A stretch of DNA of 60,560 bases, counting the filler, from Platydemus manokwari (lineage: Eukaryota): the NCBI GenBank assembly GCA_037951405.1. It is 5 parts of 5 records of this genome, joined end to end, with 100 filler letters (N's around TTAATTAATTAA, not from the genome) between each part and the next. Parts side by side here need not be neighbours in the genome. Positions count along the whole stretch, not along the records: positions 1 to 16,629 come from JBBMOY011158104.1; 4 more parts are not named here. The stretch is one strand, 5' to 3'. Position numbers and translations under genes: made by a program. This document shows positions 1 to 15,900 of the stretch, piece after piece; position 1 is the stretch's first letter, and every line of letters starts with the position of its first letter. The notes below the pieces were generated by a model, which saw only the letters and a program-made list of their open reading frames with translations, did not search any database and was not told where the DNA came from.

Positions 1-939
1 ATTCTGTTAAGTGTTTTTCTAAATCATCAACGGCAATTTATTAAATATCATTTGAGTTTCAACACTTTGATATGGCAGCTGGATCCTAGATACAAAGATT
101 AAAATCCTAACAAATGAACGCCTGTCATCAAATTTTAATCAATATTTTCTTATAACAGTCATAATCTTAGAAATTTTTATGAAGCATATTTTAAAATGAA
201 TCAAGTTTATAATAAAAAATAAAATCAATGTTCAAAAATCATTGTAATTCATAATTACCCTTATATTAGTGCTGAAAAATATTTTCTATAGGACATTGTG
301 TTAATATCAACCTCAAATTTACACATGAAAAAATACTATTTCAAATTAATATTTTAGAAAGAGTAACTAGAGGAACTAGAATCGAAAGTATGAGTTTAGT
401 TTTATCGCTAATAATTAATAATAATTCAGAGTTAAAAGATATGATTTTTATTTATACTTATGTTTAAAATAAGTGTGAATTGTAATAAAATATTTAATAA
501 TAAATCTAATATTGAACTGTTCAATTTTCTATGTTTTGCAATTACACGTGGTTCTTAAATAAAATTACCCGAAATCTATAATAAATGATTATATAAGGTT
601 CTTATATAAAGGTGTTTGGAGTCGGAAGTGGAATGAATTTATATAAAGTTATGTATTAATAAATTTATTAAATCATAAAACACTACTTTCACTAGCAATT
701 CAGAAGTTGTTGGAAAATATTGCTCACATTAGACTTTATGAAATAAAATAGAAATTTTCGTCGGTTTTTTTCCTTTAGTTTTTCCCTTAAATGAATGATA
801 TAAATCAAATATAAAAATGCCTGTATAGTCAAAATTTATCACAATTGTACAAAATGAAAATACTTGACACATTACATTTATTTATAAAACGAAATTACAA
901 GCTTTATAAATGGTTGCATAATATTATAAAATGTTTGTA

Positions 940-3900
940 TTAAAAGAGCATTGAGTACCACTGTCTAGATTTTGGTACTTTGCATTCGATACTGCCTTCG
1001 TCAAAGTTTCCTGCCGTACAGTGACATGATTGGATTGAAGAATCAACAATCTTTTCGAGTTCAACGTGAATCACTTCTGCTAATCTTCTCATTTTATTAT
1101 GGGAATCCTGATGAAATAAATTTGAAACAAAATTTATAATGTCGATAACATTGAATAAATAATAATTTCATAGGTCTTTAGAAAAAAATTTAACCTTACC
1201 AATGGTTTTAGTGACCAAACAAATCCTTGTTTTAATCGTGCTAAGGGAGAACAAGAATCTTTAGGAGTTTGAACATTTCTTTTCCATGGTCGGGTTTTGA
1301 TGGTATTAGAATCTTTTTCAAAGAAGTAAACAAGTTTATTTCCAAGACCGACAGTGTTTGATTTTGCTTCTGTACCAGTTAGTGCTTGCGTAGTTAAATA
1401 TGTTACTGATATTCCGGCATTGTTAAGTAATCCCGCTAACAGAGAGTATATATACTTTTGATTTTCAGCACAACTAAAATATATCTATGATTTGTATTTC
1501 GAATAGAGATATATATTTACGCAGAACATCCAACTAAAATGATTTTTTCAGTATATCCCGGTAGACTAGACATTTTAATTGCATCGTAAATTGCTTGACC
1601 TGGAAGAGTTGTTGATTTTCTGGATCCATTGGCTATTTGTTCGGAATTCCAAAACTCTTTAAGTAAGTTTGTAAATCCTTCTTTATTGGTATTAATCTTA
1701 TTGTTCACTGATTTGAAATGGACCTCGTTGAAAATATTTTTATCGTTATAACTTAGAAGCGTAAAAATGTTATCGGATTCTAGAAAAGAATTAATTAAAT
1801 AATTTTTAATCCACTTAATTCAATAGATAAATTAAATAAAAATAAACAAAATTAGATTATAAGAATATTAAATTCATCCGTAAAAATTGGTATATATATA
1901 TATATATACAACTTGAAAAATCAGTTTCATTCGAAATAACTTGTTCAAGATTATAAACTTGAAAAGTAAATTATGATTTTGTAAAATAGGTTTACAAACT
2001 CATCTGCACAAGACCTGACAGAGATAATTGTTTTACAAAAATTTACCTTGATACAAGTAATAATTTTTCGTAGTTAAATTAATATCCTTAATATTTTCTT
2101 CAAAAATAATATTTCCCCTTTTTTGAATGAATTAAGACATTACAATTATCTTCAAAGTCACCAATATTATAAACATAGAACGGCTCTTCCTTCATTATCT
2201 ACGATTAAAAGGTAAGTTAATAATTTATAAGCACAATGTTCATTCAAGATCTTAATAAACAGATTGTTACACAGGAGTATTACTTATGAAAACAATTCAA
2301 GTCTATCAGCACAACAGATTTTTAAAAAAGTGAATGGATCGTTCAAATTCCAATTATTATATCTATAAAAATAATTATTGTGATAATTGTAGTGCTTTCA
2401 ATAATCGAGATATTAAAATATTTACAATAATAAAAATTTAAAATATAAATTAAAACTTACTAAGCCCCCTTATATTGACAAGATTTTTAATCAAGTTGTT
2501 GTAGGGCGACAAACATTTAGCATGTTCCATTATGAATATGTAATTAAATTTCCTCTTTATGCTTAAATCATTTACCGATACTTTAGAATTGAGCTTAAAT
2601 TTTCCACACGTAACTATACAAAACAATCAATAAATTATTAGTATTGATATAACATTTTACCGCATGATTTGTCTAAACGAATCATGATACCCTTTGCTTT
2701 ACAACGCATAACATAATTTCTAGATAGATCACACAAAATATTCTTCAAATCTTTTGCTTTCAAAGGATTTTTAGAATATTGCAAAGAGCGATGACACAAT
2801 TCAAAATACGGTTGTGGATTGAACAATGAAAAGCATCTCTTTAGATACGAATCAGAATCAGGATGAAACAAATTGACACACTGTTGAAGATCATTCTGAT
2901 TCACTTTCATCTATTTATATTTTAGAAATAAAATAAGATGAAACTAAATGGATTTACTGCATATAATCCAGTAAATGTTTTTCCATCACACGATCCTAAG
3001 GCCCACGATTTCGAAAAAATTCCAGCATCATGAGTTATAAGTCCATTTGGAGTTGACCAATCATTAACCGTATCGAAATCATTAGAACCAAGAAGACCTT
3101 TAATAAATCCATGCCAATTGCCAGTAACTTTAACCTTAAAAGTATCCAGTTTGTGAAAGTATTTGATTAGAAGACCGTCAGATGTTTTGACTTTGATCAT
3201 ATCATTATCACGATAAATTACAAAATTCTGCAATGATTCTTTAAATAATTTTGGAAGAATATTTATGATTTGTCCATCAACTTTAATCTATTTATAAAAT
3301 ATTATTAATATAATTATCTTCAATATCCAAAAATTACTAATCCAGATTGAGAAATTGAAATTTTGTTTATGTACGCCAATTCAAACTCTTTCTCATTTGT
3401 TTTCGAATTAATATTCATAATTAGACTGAAACTTTTCCTATTAAAATCTCTGGCCAAAAGATAAGTACATTTTCCCGATCCAATTCTGACAGAGCTACCA
3501 TCAAAAGTTAAAATTGAATTTCCATTTATAACCCAAGCTGATTCTGAAATAAAAATAAATAACATTACAACTGTAAATCAATTTCATATCATTGTCAGTG
3601 AAATTCTTTTTTAACAATTAATCTTTACCGCATTTAACAATTAATATGAAGTATTTAAAGGAAATTTAAATCGATTTGTCATAAATTCAGAAATAAATCT
3701 GATTTGAAGGATCTTAGTTATTGAATTATTCATAAATAATCGATTATAAAAAATATCATAAAATAATCCTCATGTCACACCTTCATTGATGAACACAATT
3801 ATAACAATTAAAACAGATTAGGATTTTTATAAATTATAACTTCAGTTCAAAAGTTTAAAAATGCAAAAATCTATTCATATAATTAAAAATATAATTTACT

Positions 3901-6900
3901 TGGGAAAGGAGGGAAAAGCTTCTTTAATGTATTGAAATTCAAATTTCCATAATTAAACATAAAATATTCATATCGGTAATAGAGCTGTAGAAGTCTTTCT
4001 CCTAAAGTCGTTTTAGTAGACTGATACAAAGCCTGTGTATAATATTTTTATAATATATTGAAATGGAATTATATTATAAACCTCAAAAGGAAGCCAATTG
4101 ATCAATGTTTTGGTTATTTTCATATATTTTGATGAGATTGGATGAACGTAAAACTTTAATTCAATCGAAGCTTCGTCGAGATTCATTTTAAATTTAGTTT
4201 CATTCAATTTGAAAAATTTTAAAAATGCTTCTTTATATTCCATGGATCTCATTAGTTTGGCCATTTCGACTAAATTGGTTGCCAGATTCGATGTTTTGAT
4301 ATATTGGAACGCTTTATTTTTCTGGAAAATTCAATAAATTTTGATTTATTCTCATATTTTCTTATCATTCTAGTGAAATTTAATTTCACAAAAGCCCATT
4401 AAAAATGGATAATATTTAAGAAATTCAATACAAAAATTTATTTTACAAACTTCATAATTTTATTAGATAATATAATTTATATTCTAATTTGTTTTATTAT
4501 TTACACAAATTTATACAAATTATAGTCGTTAAAAAATATTTAATCAAAAATTTGATTATATTAATTAATTTGAAAATAAACAATTTAAAAATTACAAAAT
4601 CTCGAATGATATTAAGAATTTCTTCTGAATTTTTTATCGCATCTTGATAATATTGAATTCTTTGTTCAACAATATTGGATTTCATGATTTTTGTAAGAAT
4701 ATTTATAATTTCATCTTTTATATCTCTAATTACCGACACTATATCATTTAGGAATGAATTTTTGTAAAAATGTTTAATTTTGTCTTTCATATTTTCTGAA
4801 ATTACCAAAGAGGATTTGGCTTTTTCTGTAAATCATGAAAGATAAATAATAGTTAAGAAAAATAATGTATTAAAATTACTGCTGATAATATCCAATACAT
4901 CTCCGATTTTGTTAACAACATTTTCAAAAGCTTGGTATACGTTCTTTCCGAAATTTACAACTTTATTGATTGCAAATTTGATATCATTGTAAGTAAATGT
5001 ATTTAAGGAGTTCTAATAAATATTAATATTTTTTTCAACAATCTCATTTCATACCGATAATGGTTGATAAATAATCGTATACAGTTTTGCATCGACCAGA
5101 AATTCATAGATTTTCTTTGACAAAGCATCTTTTAATTCAGTCAAAGATGATTGTAATCTATTAAATTTAGATGGAATATCCAATCCAGAAAGAGAGCTGG
5201 TTAATTTAGTCATTATTGTTTTAATAAAATAATCATCATTTTCATAAATTATTATCATATTTTTGGGGAATTTTTCCAAATCATTTGCTATTCCTTTCAT
5301 AAATTCTAGACTGACTGGAATATTCAAATTTTTGACGAAATCAAGTTTCATGTTTGACATAAAACTTGATAGTTGATTTTCACTGTTTTCATATGCTTTC
5401 ACCAATAGGGTTTTCAAATTCTGAGGGTTGAATATAGAATCACCAAGTGCCTAAATGACAAAGGCTTGAATATCCAACTGAATTCATACATCATTTTTAT
5501 TGAAGCTTACTAAAATTTCAATACGATTTTCAGTTACACCTGGAAACTAATCATTTTGTGAAATTAATAAATATATTTTTCGATGAAATTTGAAATATAT
5601 ATTTTTATACATGTAACATGTGATCATTGCATTTCCCATGGGTCATTTAAATGTTGTTTTTTCATTTTAAAATTTATTACTTGTAAATATAGAAAACAAA
5701 TTACTTTCATTCTTCCAAAAGTTTTTGGATCCCAATACAGCCTCGAAGTAAGCATATTTTTATTATCCATATTAATTTTCAAGGAAGATTCTAATATTTT
5801 TCTGGCCGAAGTAACTCTATATAGTTCACCAATAATCGAATCTCCAACATATCTAACATGAATTACAATTTCTGGGGAAAAAAATATAAACTTGATATAA
5901 ATTAACCAATGGAAACGTTACTTTGATCTCGGGATTTTATTTCTGCATAATATTTCATTGGGCTTCTAGTGTAAGTTGAATATCCTTCAATATCTGTACC
6001 TCCTTGTCCTAATTTTATGATGTAATCACCTCTGTATCCGTATTGGTGTCTTATTCTTCTTAATAAAATTTTAAAATCTCTTTGATTCTAAAAGTGATAT
6101 CATTATTTATTTAATGTTAAATTCCATCTTACAGTTATCAAGATCTTCTTAAATGGAATATATTGCAACAGAAAATGTCTTGCAGGTAGATTACTTTGAA
6201 TTAATTTATATTCTGAAATATTTCGAATAATTACATCATTCTTTCAAGTACTAAGTTAACCTAAAGTCATTTCTTCTGAAACGAATATAGATGACAGCGT
6301 AAGATTGGCAAATTTGTCGTAATTCATGACATTTAATTTCATTTCATAACCTCGAGACGATATTTGTCTTAAATAACCGTCAATGGCCAAAAACGGTAAC
6401 TTATCATCATCAAATTGACATTTAATTCGAATAGCATATAAATCTCCAACATGTATGCTCACATCTCTCTTCACCGATAATTTGATTCCCTTTTCATATT
6501 TTTATCATATAAATTTATTAACAAATATTATTTGCTACTTACTTTACGAATAAGATTTGTTTTTAAATTTAATTCCAATCTATAATCAGATCTCAAAGAA
6601 CCTTTCATTTGATATTCTAATCTTAAATATATATCTTTGTCTGTTGACTTATCAACACTGTTTACATTCACTTCCCAAACTCCACTTCTTATTTCAGAAA
6701 CAGATTCTTTCAAATGACTAAAAGTGATTATTTTTATCGGATTTATCAATGTGATTGTTTTTCGTTTGCCATCTATTTTCTTATCAATCACCAAACTATG
6801 ACCTTTATTTTTATTCCATGTTAATTCCATTCTTTTAAAATTTGTTTCATAAGTCATACCAACAACTATTTCACGAGCATTATTAATGTGATTTATATAA

Positions 6901-9900
6901 CAATCAATTATGGATTTGAGATTACATTTTGATTTTGATGTCCATAATAAAGTTTTAAACGTTCCATCTTTGGTCGTGACGGAATGACTGAATTTATAAT
7001 TTTTCGTGTCTAATATTATGAAACCCTTGATATTATAATAGCCTTTGTAATCCACTTTTAAATTGTGAGGTGATTTATCAGATGAAGCAGTGTAAATGAA
7101 ATTTAATTCAGAAAGTGTTTTCTTATTTAATCTAAAACTAGATAAATATTCAAAATCAGGACGTTTGTTATTGTATTCCAATTTCCATTGGAATTGCTTG
7201 ACTCTTGTAAAAGCAGTGGTGCCTTTCAAATTGATAGTAATTTTCTTTGCCGAAATTTCATTTAATTCAACTGAAATTTTGATGGGACTTGTCCAATCAT
7301 AATTCAATGTGAAATCAAATTCCAAATTTTTTTTACGAAAAATTCTAATTTCGTATTTTTTCATGAATTCTATAAAATATTCTTGTCCAGTAGGAAAGTG
7401 ATTGCCATTGATAGAATTGTATATTAAATTGCCAATGTTCGTTTCAACTGTATAATTAGATTTAGAAGACACTAAATGTAAAGAGAAATTTTTAGTCTTC
7501 TTTATTGTTTTAAATCCAAAACCGTATTTGAAAACTTTGGCTGGTATATCTAAAAGAAAATTTGCTTGAACGATATCTTTATTATAAATGACTAAACATT
7601 GCAACTTCAATTGATCTTTAACATTTGATCTGCCATCTATAATGAAATCATCTTTAGAAATGAATTTTATTTTCAAGTATCTGTCAAGTTTCACTTCATC
7701 ATCGATCTTAAAATACATATCATTTTTGAAACCAAACTTTGGAAAATTTCTATCGAAAGAAAATTTTGATTTGAACATGATTTTACTGGTACCTGTGATT
7801 AGAGTATCTGATTTATAATAGCTTTTGAAACCACCTGGAAACATTTGGCTTTTCAAATGATAAAGTTCTACTTCTCTTTTAATTTCTCTATCACATATCT
7901 TTCCGTTGATATTGTACTTGATGTGTATGCCTTTATCAATTCCCAGAATTGCTTTTAAATAATCAGTAATTGATTTGACAGTTTTTGGTGCTTGAACATC
8001 TAAATCTAGTTTCAAATTCAAAATTTTTTTATCTCGAAAATTCAATTCTATTGTACCGGATTTTTTACCACTTGGTCCAGACTTAATATTAACGTTAGAA
8101 TTCAAAACACTTTCAATTTCAATTTTCAAAATGATGTTGTCTTGAAAATCATACGAAATTAAAATTTTTTTCGGATAAATATTTTTCGATATTCCATTTA
8201 CTTCAAGACTTTTCTTTCTTTTTCCAAATGATTCAAATTTAAATTCATATTCTATTGCTTTATATGAAGCTTTACCTTTATAAATATCATCAGATACTTT
8301 TTCTATATTTAATTGTAATGATACTTCGTCTGGTATACTTATTAATTCGGGCAAATTCGATTTGAACACCACACTTCCTTTATTCAAATTTTTGTTGACG
8401 AAAATAATTTTCTTCAAGTGTTTATTTTTGTAATTATATTGCACTTTAGAATAGAATGAAGCTTCTCCTAGTGATTCAAAAGATTTAAACGGATCGTTAG
8501 ATTGTTGTCGAAAATAAATAAATTCGAATTCTGATTTTTCAAAAACCGGTTCGGCATAAAAGATATATTTCACGCTCATATCTCGAATAGAATTAAAATG
8601 GTATTTAAGATCCAATTTCAAATTATTAAATTTCCAATTTTTAGTGTATTGACCAATTAAAGACTCAAATTTGATTTGACCGACAGTTAAATCAATTTTG
8701 ATCGTGTGAATATCCTTAGATTTATATTTCAAATTAATATACCTCTTAAATGTCGAAAAGAATTTGTCAATTTCGTAATAACTGTTGGATGAAATAACAA
8801 TATCATTAAAATCTTCATTGCTAGATAAGATTGTCAATGTGAAATCCGATGATCTCATTTTGTCATCGTTTTTCCAGCCAATATTAGCATTCTGGATTTT
8901 AAGAAAACTTTCTTTGTAACCGAATTCGAAATTCATTGTAATCATGTTATTTGACGGCATAGTACCATATAGAGAAAATTTCAATGGTGTGATAATGAAG
9001 GATTCTGCATACACTTGAACTTCTTTCGCCTTGGTATCAGTTGAAAATTTAATATTTAATTTCTTGGCATTTTTGTAATTTAAGCTAAAATTAAATTTAA
9101 AATTCTCAGTTTTGTATATTAAAATCCCCAACACATACGAACCGGAATTGACGTAAGGCATATTTGATACCCATTTAACGTTACTAACCATGTCTAATCC
9201 ATTTTCTAAATCGAGTTTTCTGATTTGTATTATTTCGATTTTATACAAGCTCGTCGAATCGAATACTAGTTGACTCTTTACATGAAACGTTTTACCAATA
9301 CTTTTCAATTCTGATGACAATGTTAATTCTTTCAATAGTGCAGATGATGATTTAATTGAAAACAGAAACATGTGGTTTTTGAAATCATTAAAATTTACAT
9401 TTAAATTTAAAGATGCATATTTTGTAGGATGTTTGAATTTTAAATTTGCTTCCAACGCTTTGAAAGACTTTTTCAATTTTAGTTCAATGTCAAATATCTT
9501 TTTCAATGAAGAATCTTCAGTAAGCACACCTACCAATTCAAAAACAAATTCCTTTGCTGGATTAATGTTATGGTTTCCTTGAAGTTTTAATTCATAGTAA
9601 TTTGATGTTCTTGAATTTTCTTTTTGCCATTTCACGACGGTATTTAATGTAATAAACGATTTAGTTTTTTCAAATTTTCCAAAATCCAAATTAAATCCAA
9701 ACATGATCTTTGCCAATTTTAATTTCAATAACAAAGGATGTACCATATCAAAATTGATTACTAATTTATCTGAGTTGCTATAAAATACTGACAATGAACC
9801 CTTGGATATGCTCAGTTCAGAAGTTTTAGATTTACCATACTCTCCACTCCATGTTAATGAATAGTTTTCTTTCAATTTATAGATGAGTACAACATTATTT

Positions 9901-12900
9901 TTATAGTAAAAGTTCAGTTTATTATTATTTTTTAAATTTAACATTGCAAGTGAAGAAGTACTGATTTGACCCGTTTCTCGAGACATTTTATATAAATATT
10001 CGAAATTAGTATGTTTGTCAGAACTTATTGAGAGCCAGAAAAGATACTTTTTATCCCCTTTAGAAAATTTGAAAGTACAATCATCTGATGACGAACCCTT
10101 ATAAATCTTAGTCTGAATTTCTAGATTTGATTCCGAAACCCCTTTATTCTTCATCGTAGCAGTTCGATAACCATAAGTTTCATGATTTTTATTATTTCTG
10201 TAAGTGAATTCACTTTCAAAAATTTTTTTTACTGAATCTGTTAAATTCATATCGGCAAATTGCTTGGTTTCAATAACGATATCGATATCCTTTGATGGAA
10301 TTTTTACTTCTGCTCTCGTAAAAAAATCAAACAATACTTTTTTTGTTCTAAATTGACCTCCAAGATCAACTGAATATATCATCTTATTATTTTTTTTGCC
10401 AACACTCTTAAATGACAACTTCTCCTTTTGAACATTATATTCGGCAGTATTTACAATTGTTGCTATTAGCTTATTATCTAATTTAATATCGTGGTTTATT
10501 GATGTATTAAATGGCTTTAAACTTTTAGCATCTACTCTTGATTCAATAATTAAAGTTCTGTCAGGCCATGAAATAGTTAAAGTATGACTTTTCGGTAGCA
10601 TCAATTCGCTATTAATTTTGAAAATTGACTTTTTTGTTTTTATTTCTATTGATGATACTCCATTTTGAGTGGTTGTAAATTTGTGTTTAAATAATATTTT
10701 AAATAAATCACTTTCGCTCATTTCAGCTTCCATATCGTACATATCTAATGAGTTTCGTTTCCACGTTGTAAATGCTTTGAATTTTTGATTAATACTCTAA
10801 ATGTAAATTTTTTCTATCATGATACCATTTCACTAAAATCAGTAGCAAAAGAACGTATTAATATAAAGTAATTCTGTTATTATTTACAAGTCCAAAATCA
10901 ACAATTAAAATTATGCAAATCAAATACGAAAATTCAGCTTATTAAAATTCCGGAAACGAAAGATTTTAATGTAAACAAAATGATTTCAATACAATAAGTA
11001 TTTATGAATAAAAAAAATAATTACCAATGACGGATAATTTATAAAATTTTTGAACAGCACTTTTCCTTTTTTAGTTGACATTAAATCTAGAAACATCTTG
11101 GATTTAATTTGTCGTACAAACTTCTTTGTTAATAGATCATATGATTCAAGCTTCAAATATATCAAAGATGGTTTATCTGCAAAAACCGAAAATCCATTGG
11201 AAATAAAATAATTAAGATTATGATTTAAATTAAATCTAGAAATATAAATATAAAAGAACATAAATATAAATCTCGGACTTCTTGTTTTTGACTTGAATTA
11301 GTTGACTTCTAAATTATAATATAAAATTTTATAATATATATTTATATACATATAAACGTACAAGCTAATCGAATAATTCATTCCAGGAACTTTTTCGAAC
11401 ATCACATTAGTATCAATAACCGAATGTTTCGTCCAAACATAATGTTGTTTGATGAGGAAATTGAAATTCTTTTTCGTTTTCCAATAGGTTTCTACTTTAG
11501 CTGTCATTTCCATGGTTGGATTGTTTCCTTTAGAACTTTGTATAACAAATGAGAAAGCGTTTTCACCTGACATTTTGAGAGTAGTCGAATGTCGAAGTCT
11601 GTAAAAGTAATTAAAAAATTGATGTTCAGTTATCTTCACGGTTGTTTTCGCTGTAAAAATATTTTAATAGAAAAATGATAACAAAACAAAAAAATATTTC
11701 TGACAATTTAAACTAAATTCTTTGTCTCCTTTTTTAGATCCAGTTAACGTTATCATTGGTCCGTCTTTGGTAAATTCATTTTTAAAATATATTACAAATT
11801 CATCAGTTTTGGTTTTAATATTTAAATTAATCTCAGATAGAAATATATTCTTGGTTTGTATAGATCCAGATATGTCAGCTTCATTGTGACCATATTTTAA
11901 TTTTCCAGAAATCTTTTGACCATCCATGTCAACTAGAAAACATTAATAAATAAATTTAATAATATAAATTTAATTAAAATTTAATTTACATTTGAAATGA
12001 ATATCTTTATTCCAAACCGATAGTTCATACAGTTGCTTTCTTTCTTTAAAATTACGATTAAATTCAAATTTAAAAGTTTCTTTATCATTTCCTTGGAACG
12101 AAATTGATAACAGAAAACTGCTTATTTTATTGATTGGTTTCAAAGTATTTTCCTTTTTCAAATGAAATTTAAATCCATTGAATTTATTAAGCTTCAATTC
12201 GGCTTTCAAATTTGGAAAAAATGTTCCGTATCTTGGGGCAGACGATACCTCAGCACAAATTTTAAGACCCCTTAACTCAAGCATAGAATTCCCAGTGCAC
12301 TTATTCAGTAAAATTTCATATTGTGGTTTGGTCTCTATTTTTTCTAAGTCATGAATCAAGCTCATTTCATTTCTAAGAAATGTTTCTTTAAGAGATTAAT
12401 ATTTCAGAGTTGAAAAATTCTTACGAAATAGCAATCAATTTTCTATCATCAGGCATTTTACTTATTTCAAACTGATAGTCAGAAATAGCACTTTTATCAC
12501 CGGTTTTTGATGAAGTTATGAATTTAAATTTTCCCTCGAATTCCGTATCAGATGATATAGTACCAGAGGATTGAACACCGATTTTTGTACAGTGAGCATT
12601 AACTTGAAATTTTCCGATAACTTGAACAGCAACGCTAAATATATTAAAATCCTGATTATTATTTTAAAAAATTCAAAGTTTTTATACACTGATAATCAAA
12701 ATGTAAATTTTTCTGAGATATTCAATTCAAATGATATCACTATTTTACCAATCAAAATATTCGAATATTTTATTCATTAATTTTTTTATTAAAATTCATT
12801 AATAATTATAAAAAGTCTAACTTTGATTAAAATTAATGTTTACAATAATCAGGCAAATATAAAATATAATTTGATCTTGAAATACATTTATAAAATATAT

Positions 12901-15900
12901 TGTTTATATGAATTTCATTTTATTACAAATAATTTCACTAAATTTGAATGAACTAATTCTCCGATTTACCAAACTTAATTCTTAAAATTATAAAATTACT
13001 CCGTCTTTATTTATTATTATTAACTCATCTTCAGACTGCACTGTTTAAATACAATTTCCAACTTTCATTTACGACATTAAAGATCAAATCAAATCAAGAT
13101 AAAAAGTATACCAATGGGGTAGTCATACATAAAATTGTATAATTTAATTTAAATAATTAATTCAATAGTTTTTATACATGCATATATCCTATTAATATAA
13201 TATTAATTATGGAAAGAATTATTCATATGGGAAAAACATTAAAAAGAGATTGTTTTTTATTAAAACTGTTATATACGATAGAAACATAAAGCGAATTTAT
13301 GTAACTATTTTCATTTAATGACAAATTTATATTTAATTAACAATTTTTTATAATTAGAAAAACATAAAATTAGAAATATAAAATTATAAATATATAAAAT
13401 TTCGGCTCTAAAATATCGTATAAAAAAGGGACTAACGGTGTAAATTTCTTATAAGCTAATTTAAATTAATTTAAACATCTGAGAATATTATATTTAAATT
13501 AAATGTATTTTATGCTGCTTGTAGTTATTAAAAATATAATTTAAAATTACGCATTTTTCGTAAACAGTGAAAAATTATTGAATGAAGGTTCCGAGCCGGG
13601 CTTAAAATGTAAATTCGCTGAAGCCGCTGCTTCTACAGTCAATTCGATTGGTAGACCGGTAATTGAAGAAACTGATACAGTTGTATCTAATAGTAACAAA
13701 GATTTTTCAAACGATCCTGATTCAGGCTTTGTGGCAATTTTCATCATATCTAATAAAAGATCGGGAGTAAAATAAATTTCGCGGCCCATGATTCTGAAAT
13801 ACATTGATAGATTTCTCTTTCTCGATTTCTTTTCATTCTAGAAAAATGACATAATAATTCTTATTTTATAAATAACTCAACCTTTTTATCCATCTTTACA
13901 ATGTCGGGATGTGGATTTTTATGTGGTTTAAGAAACCTATCAAAAAGCCGATTTCCAGTGTTCCCGCGAATTCCAAGCTCCAAGATATTGATAGATCTAC
14001 CGAAAGTATCAATTGTTATATTGGCTGTAACAGATGAGGGGAGTGGTGATGAAGAAAATATAACATTTGAATCTATTTTAGCGGATGAATATCCTCTATG
14101 AAATGTTTTTTCGAAGTTTTTAGAGTATGATCTAAAATCCAAGTTAAATTTTTTGGACAGGTTTGCCATTGGTTTAGTAAACATTTGAAGCATTTCTCGT
14201 AATTCGATTTTAAAGCGATCGGATGTTTCCATGATATTGGAAATATGACTCCAAACAAAAGAGCCCAACTTAAAGTTAACGAAAAAAAATTACGTATCCA
14301 ATATTCAATGATATTAATTATACTTGTTGACTGTTTTCTGAATTGAGCTTGTCTATTATTTTACTAAATACTTTATTTGTAGGACATCTTATTAATGACA
14401 GATATGCCTGGATTCTTAGTTCAGAACTATGACTTACATCGTTATAGATAGACCAGATAAATGTCTATTAAATACAGATAAAAATATTCTCAATACAAAA
14501 TCAAAGTAGTACATCTATATCATCATTACATGGAAATTGACGTAAGACTTCAATTGAAAACGTTTTGACATCGTCATCGTTCAAGGGTGAATTTACACAC
14601 GTTTCAAGTGTTTTGATTAACATTTTATAATCGTAAAAATCACCGATATTCCCAATAGCTCTCAGTGTAAATAAAATCTGAACATTGAAATTTACTTCAA
14701 AAATATGATTTACTGTTAATTATCACCTTTTCACGATCTGACTGTTTTAAATGATTGCAGTCATTGAAATTATTTAACAATCTCTTCATAGAATTTATAA
14801 TAACTGGATTCAACATACAACCTGGATTTTTGTCACAAAATCCTTTTATTGTCGACGAAAGTGTCAAATATATCTGATTGGTGACTGTTGGATCATCAAG
14901 TTTTTTCTACAATAATATTAAAGTAGCATGTTTTCCAAACTTTTCTTACTGTGAATGTTTCGATTAAGGACATTGGTGGATTTACCATGAATGAAGATCC
15001 CAACTCTTCGATTTGATAAATTTTAGAATCCTCAACAAGAAATTTATAAGCATCATTTGTATCCACATATGTTAGTGCGTCCAAAAAAATGTTTCTACAA
15101 TTAAATTTTTCGTTGCAAATTCAATGATTAAAGACTCTTGTTAAAATTTGTTAAAACAATCAAAATGAACAAATTTTAAACTTATTTTTAATTCATATTG
15201 ATTAAAATTGATTAAATTGAATATATCAATATAAAGATTAAGGTTTTTAATTTTATGAGATTGAGAAAACTTTCATTATAATCGTGAGGATTTTTAAGTC
15301 AGTTAATTTTAATATTTATATTAATACTTAATAATAATATTTAAAAAATAAATAACAATTATTTTTATTAGCATTGTTTGTCATTATTTTATGTTCTTGC
15401 ATTTTTAAAATTATTGTGTAAATAAATTGTTTCAAGTATCACTAATTAAGAAAATATTATCAAAATTGTTTACTTTAATTTTTGTTTATTTAGATGACAT
15501 TGAGTATCCTCTCTGAAATATTTGTCAAGTTTTTGTATTGATTTGTAATTCGCTGCAGTAAGTGTTCGAATAAATTTTACGAATAATTGTGTTCTTTCAA
15601 TACTGACAGCATCGTTACGAATAGCAACACAAAGTTGTTTAGCGACTTCAAATACTGATGTTTTACTCTTTTTATGTGGAGATTTATTTCCATGATTCAT
15701 TGTTAAGTCTCCTCGAGTATAAGGTTCTAAAAGTTTGTATAATCTTTTCCATATTTGTACAATACTATAATAAACCTGGTGCTGATAACTTTCCGGTTTT
15801 TATTGAATCAAATCTTAATTCTTGATTTATCACAATCGACGATCCCTTCTTTTCACTTGAAAATGGTGTAAATGTTTGGATTTCTTTACATATAGATTCT

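Noticed and set aside
5583-14101. Plus-strand ORFs at 5583, 7096, 9370, 12571, 13578 and 13901
   Set aside because: They are antisense shadows overlapping apolipophorin exons, with no independent motifs.
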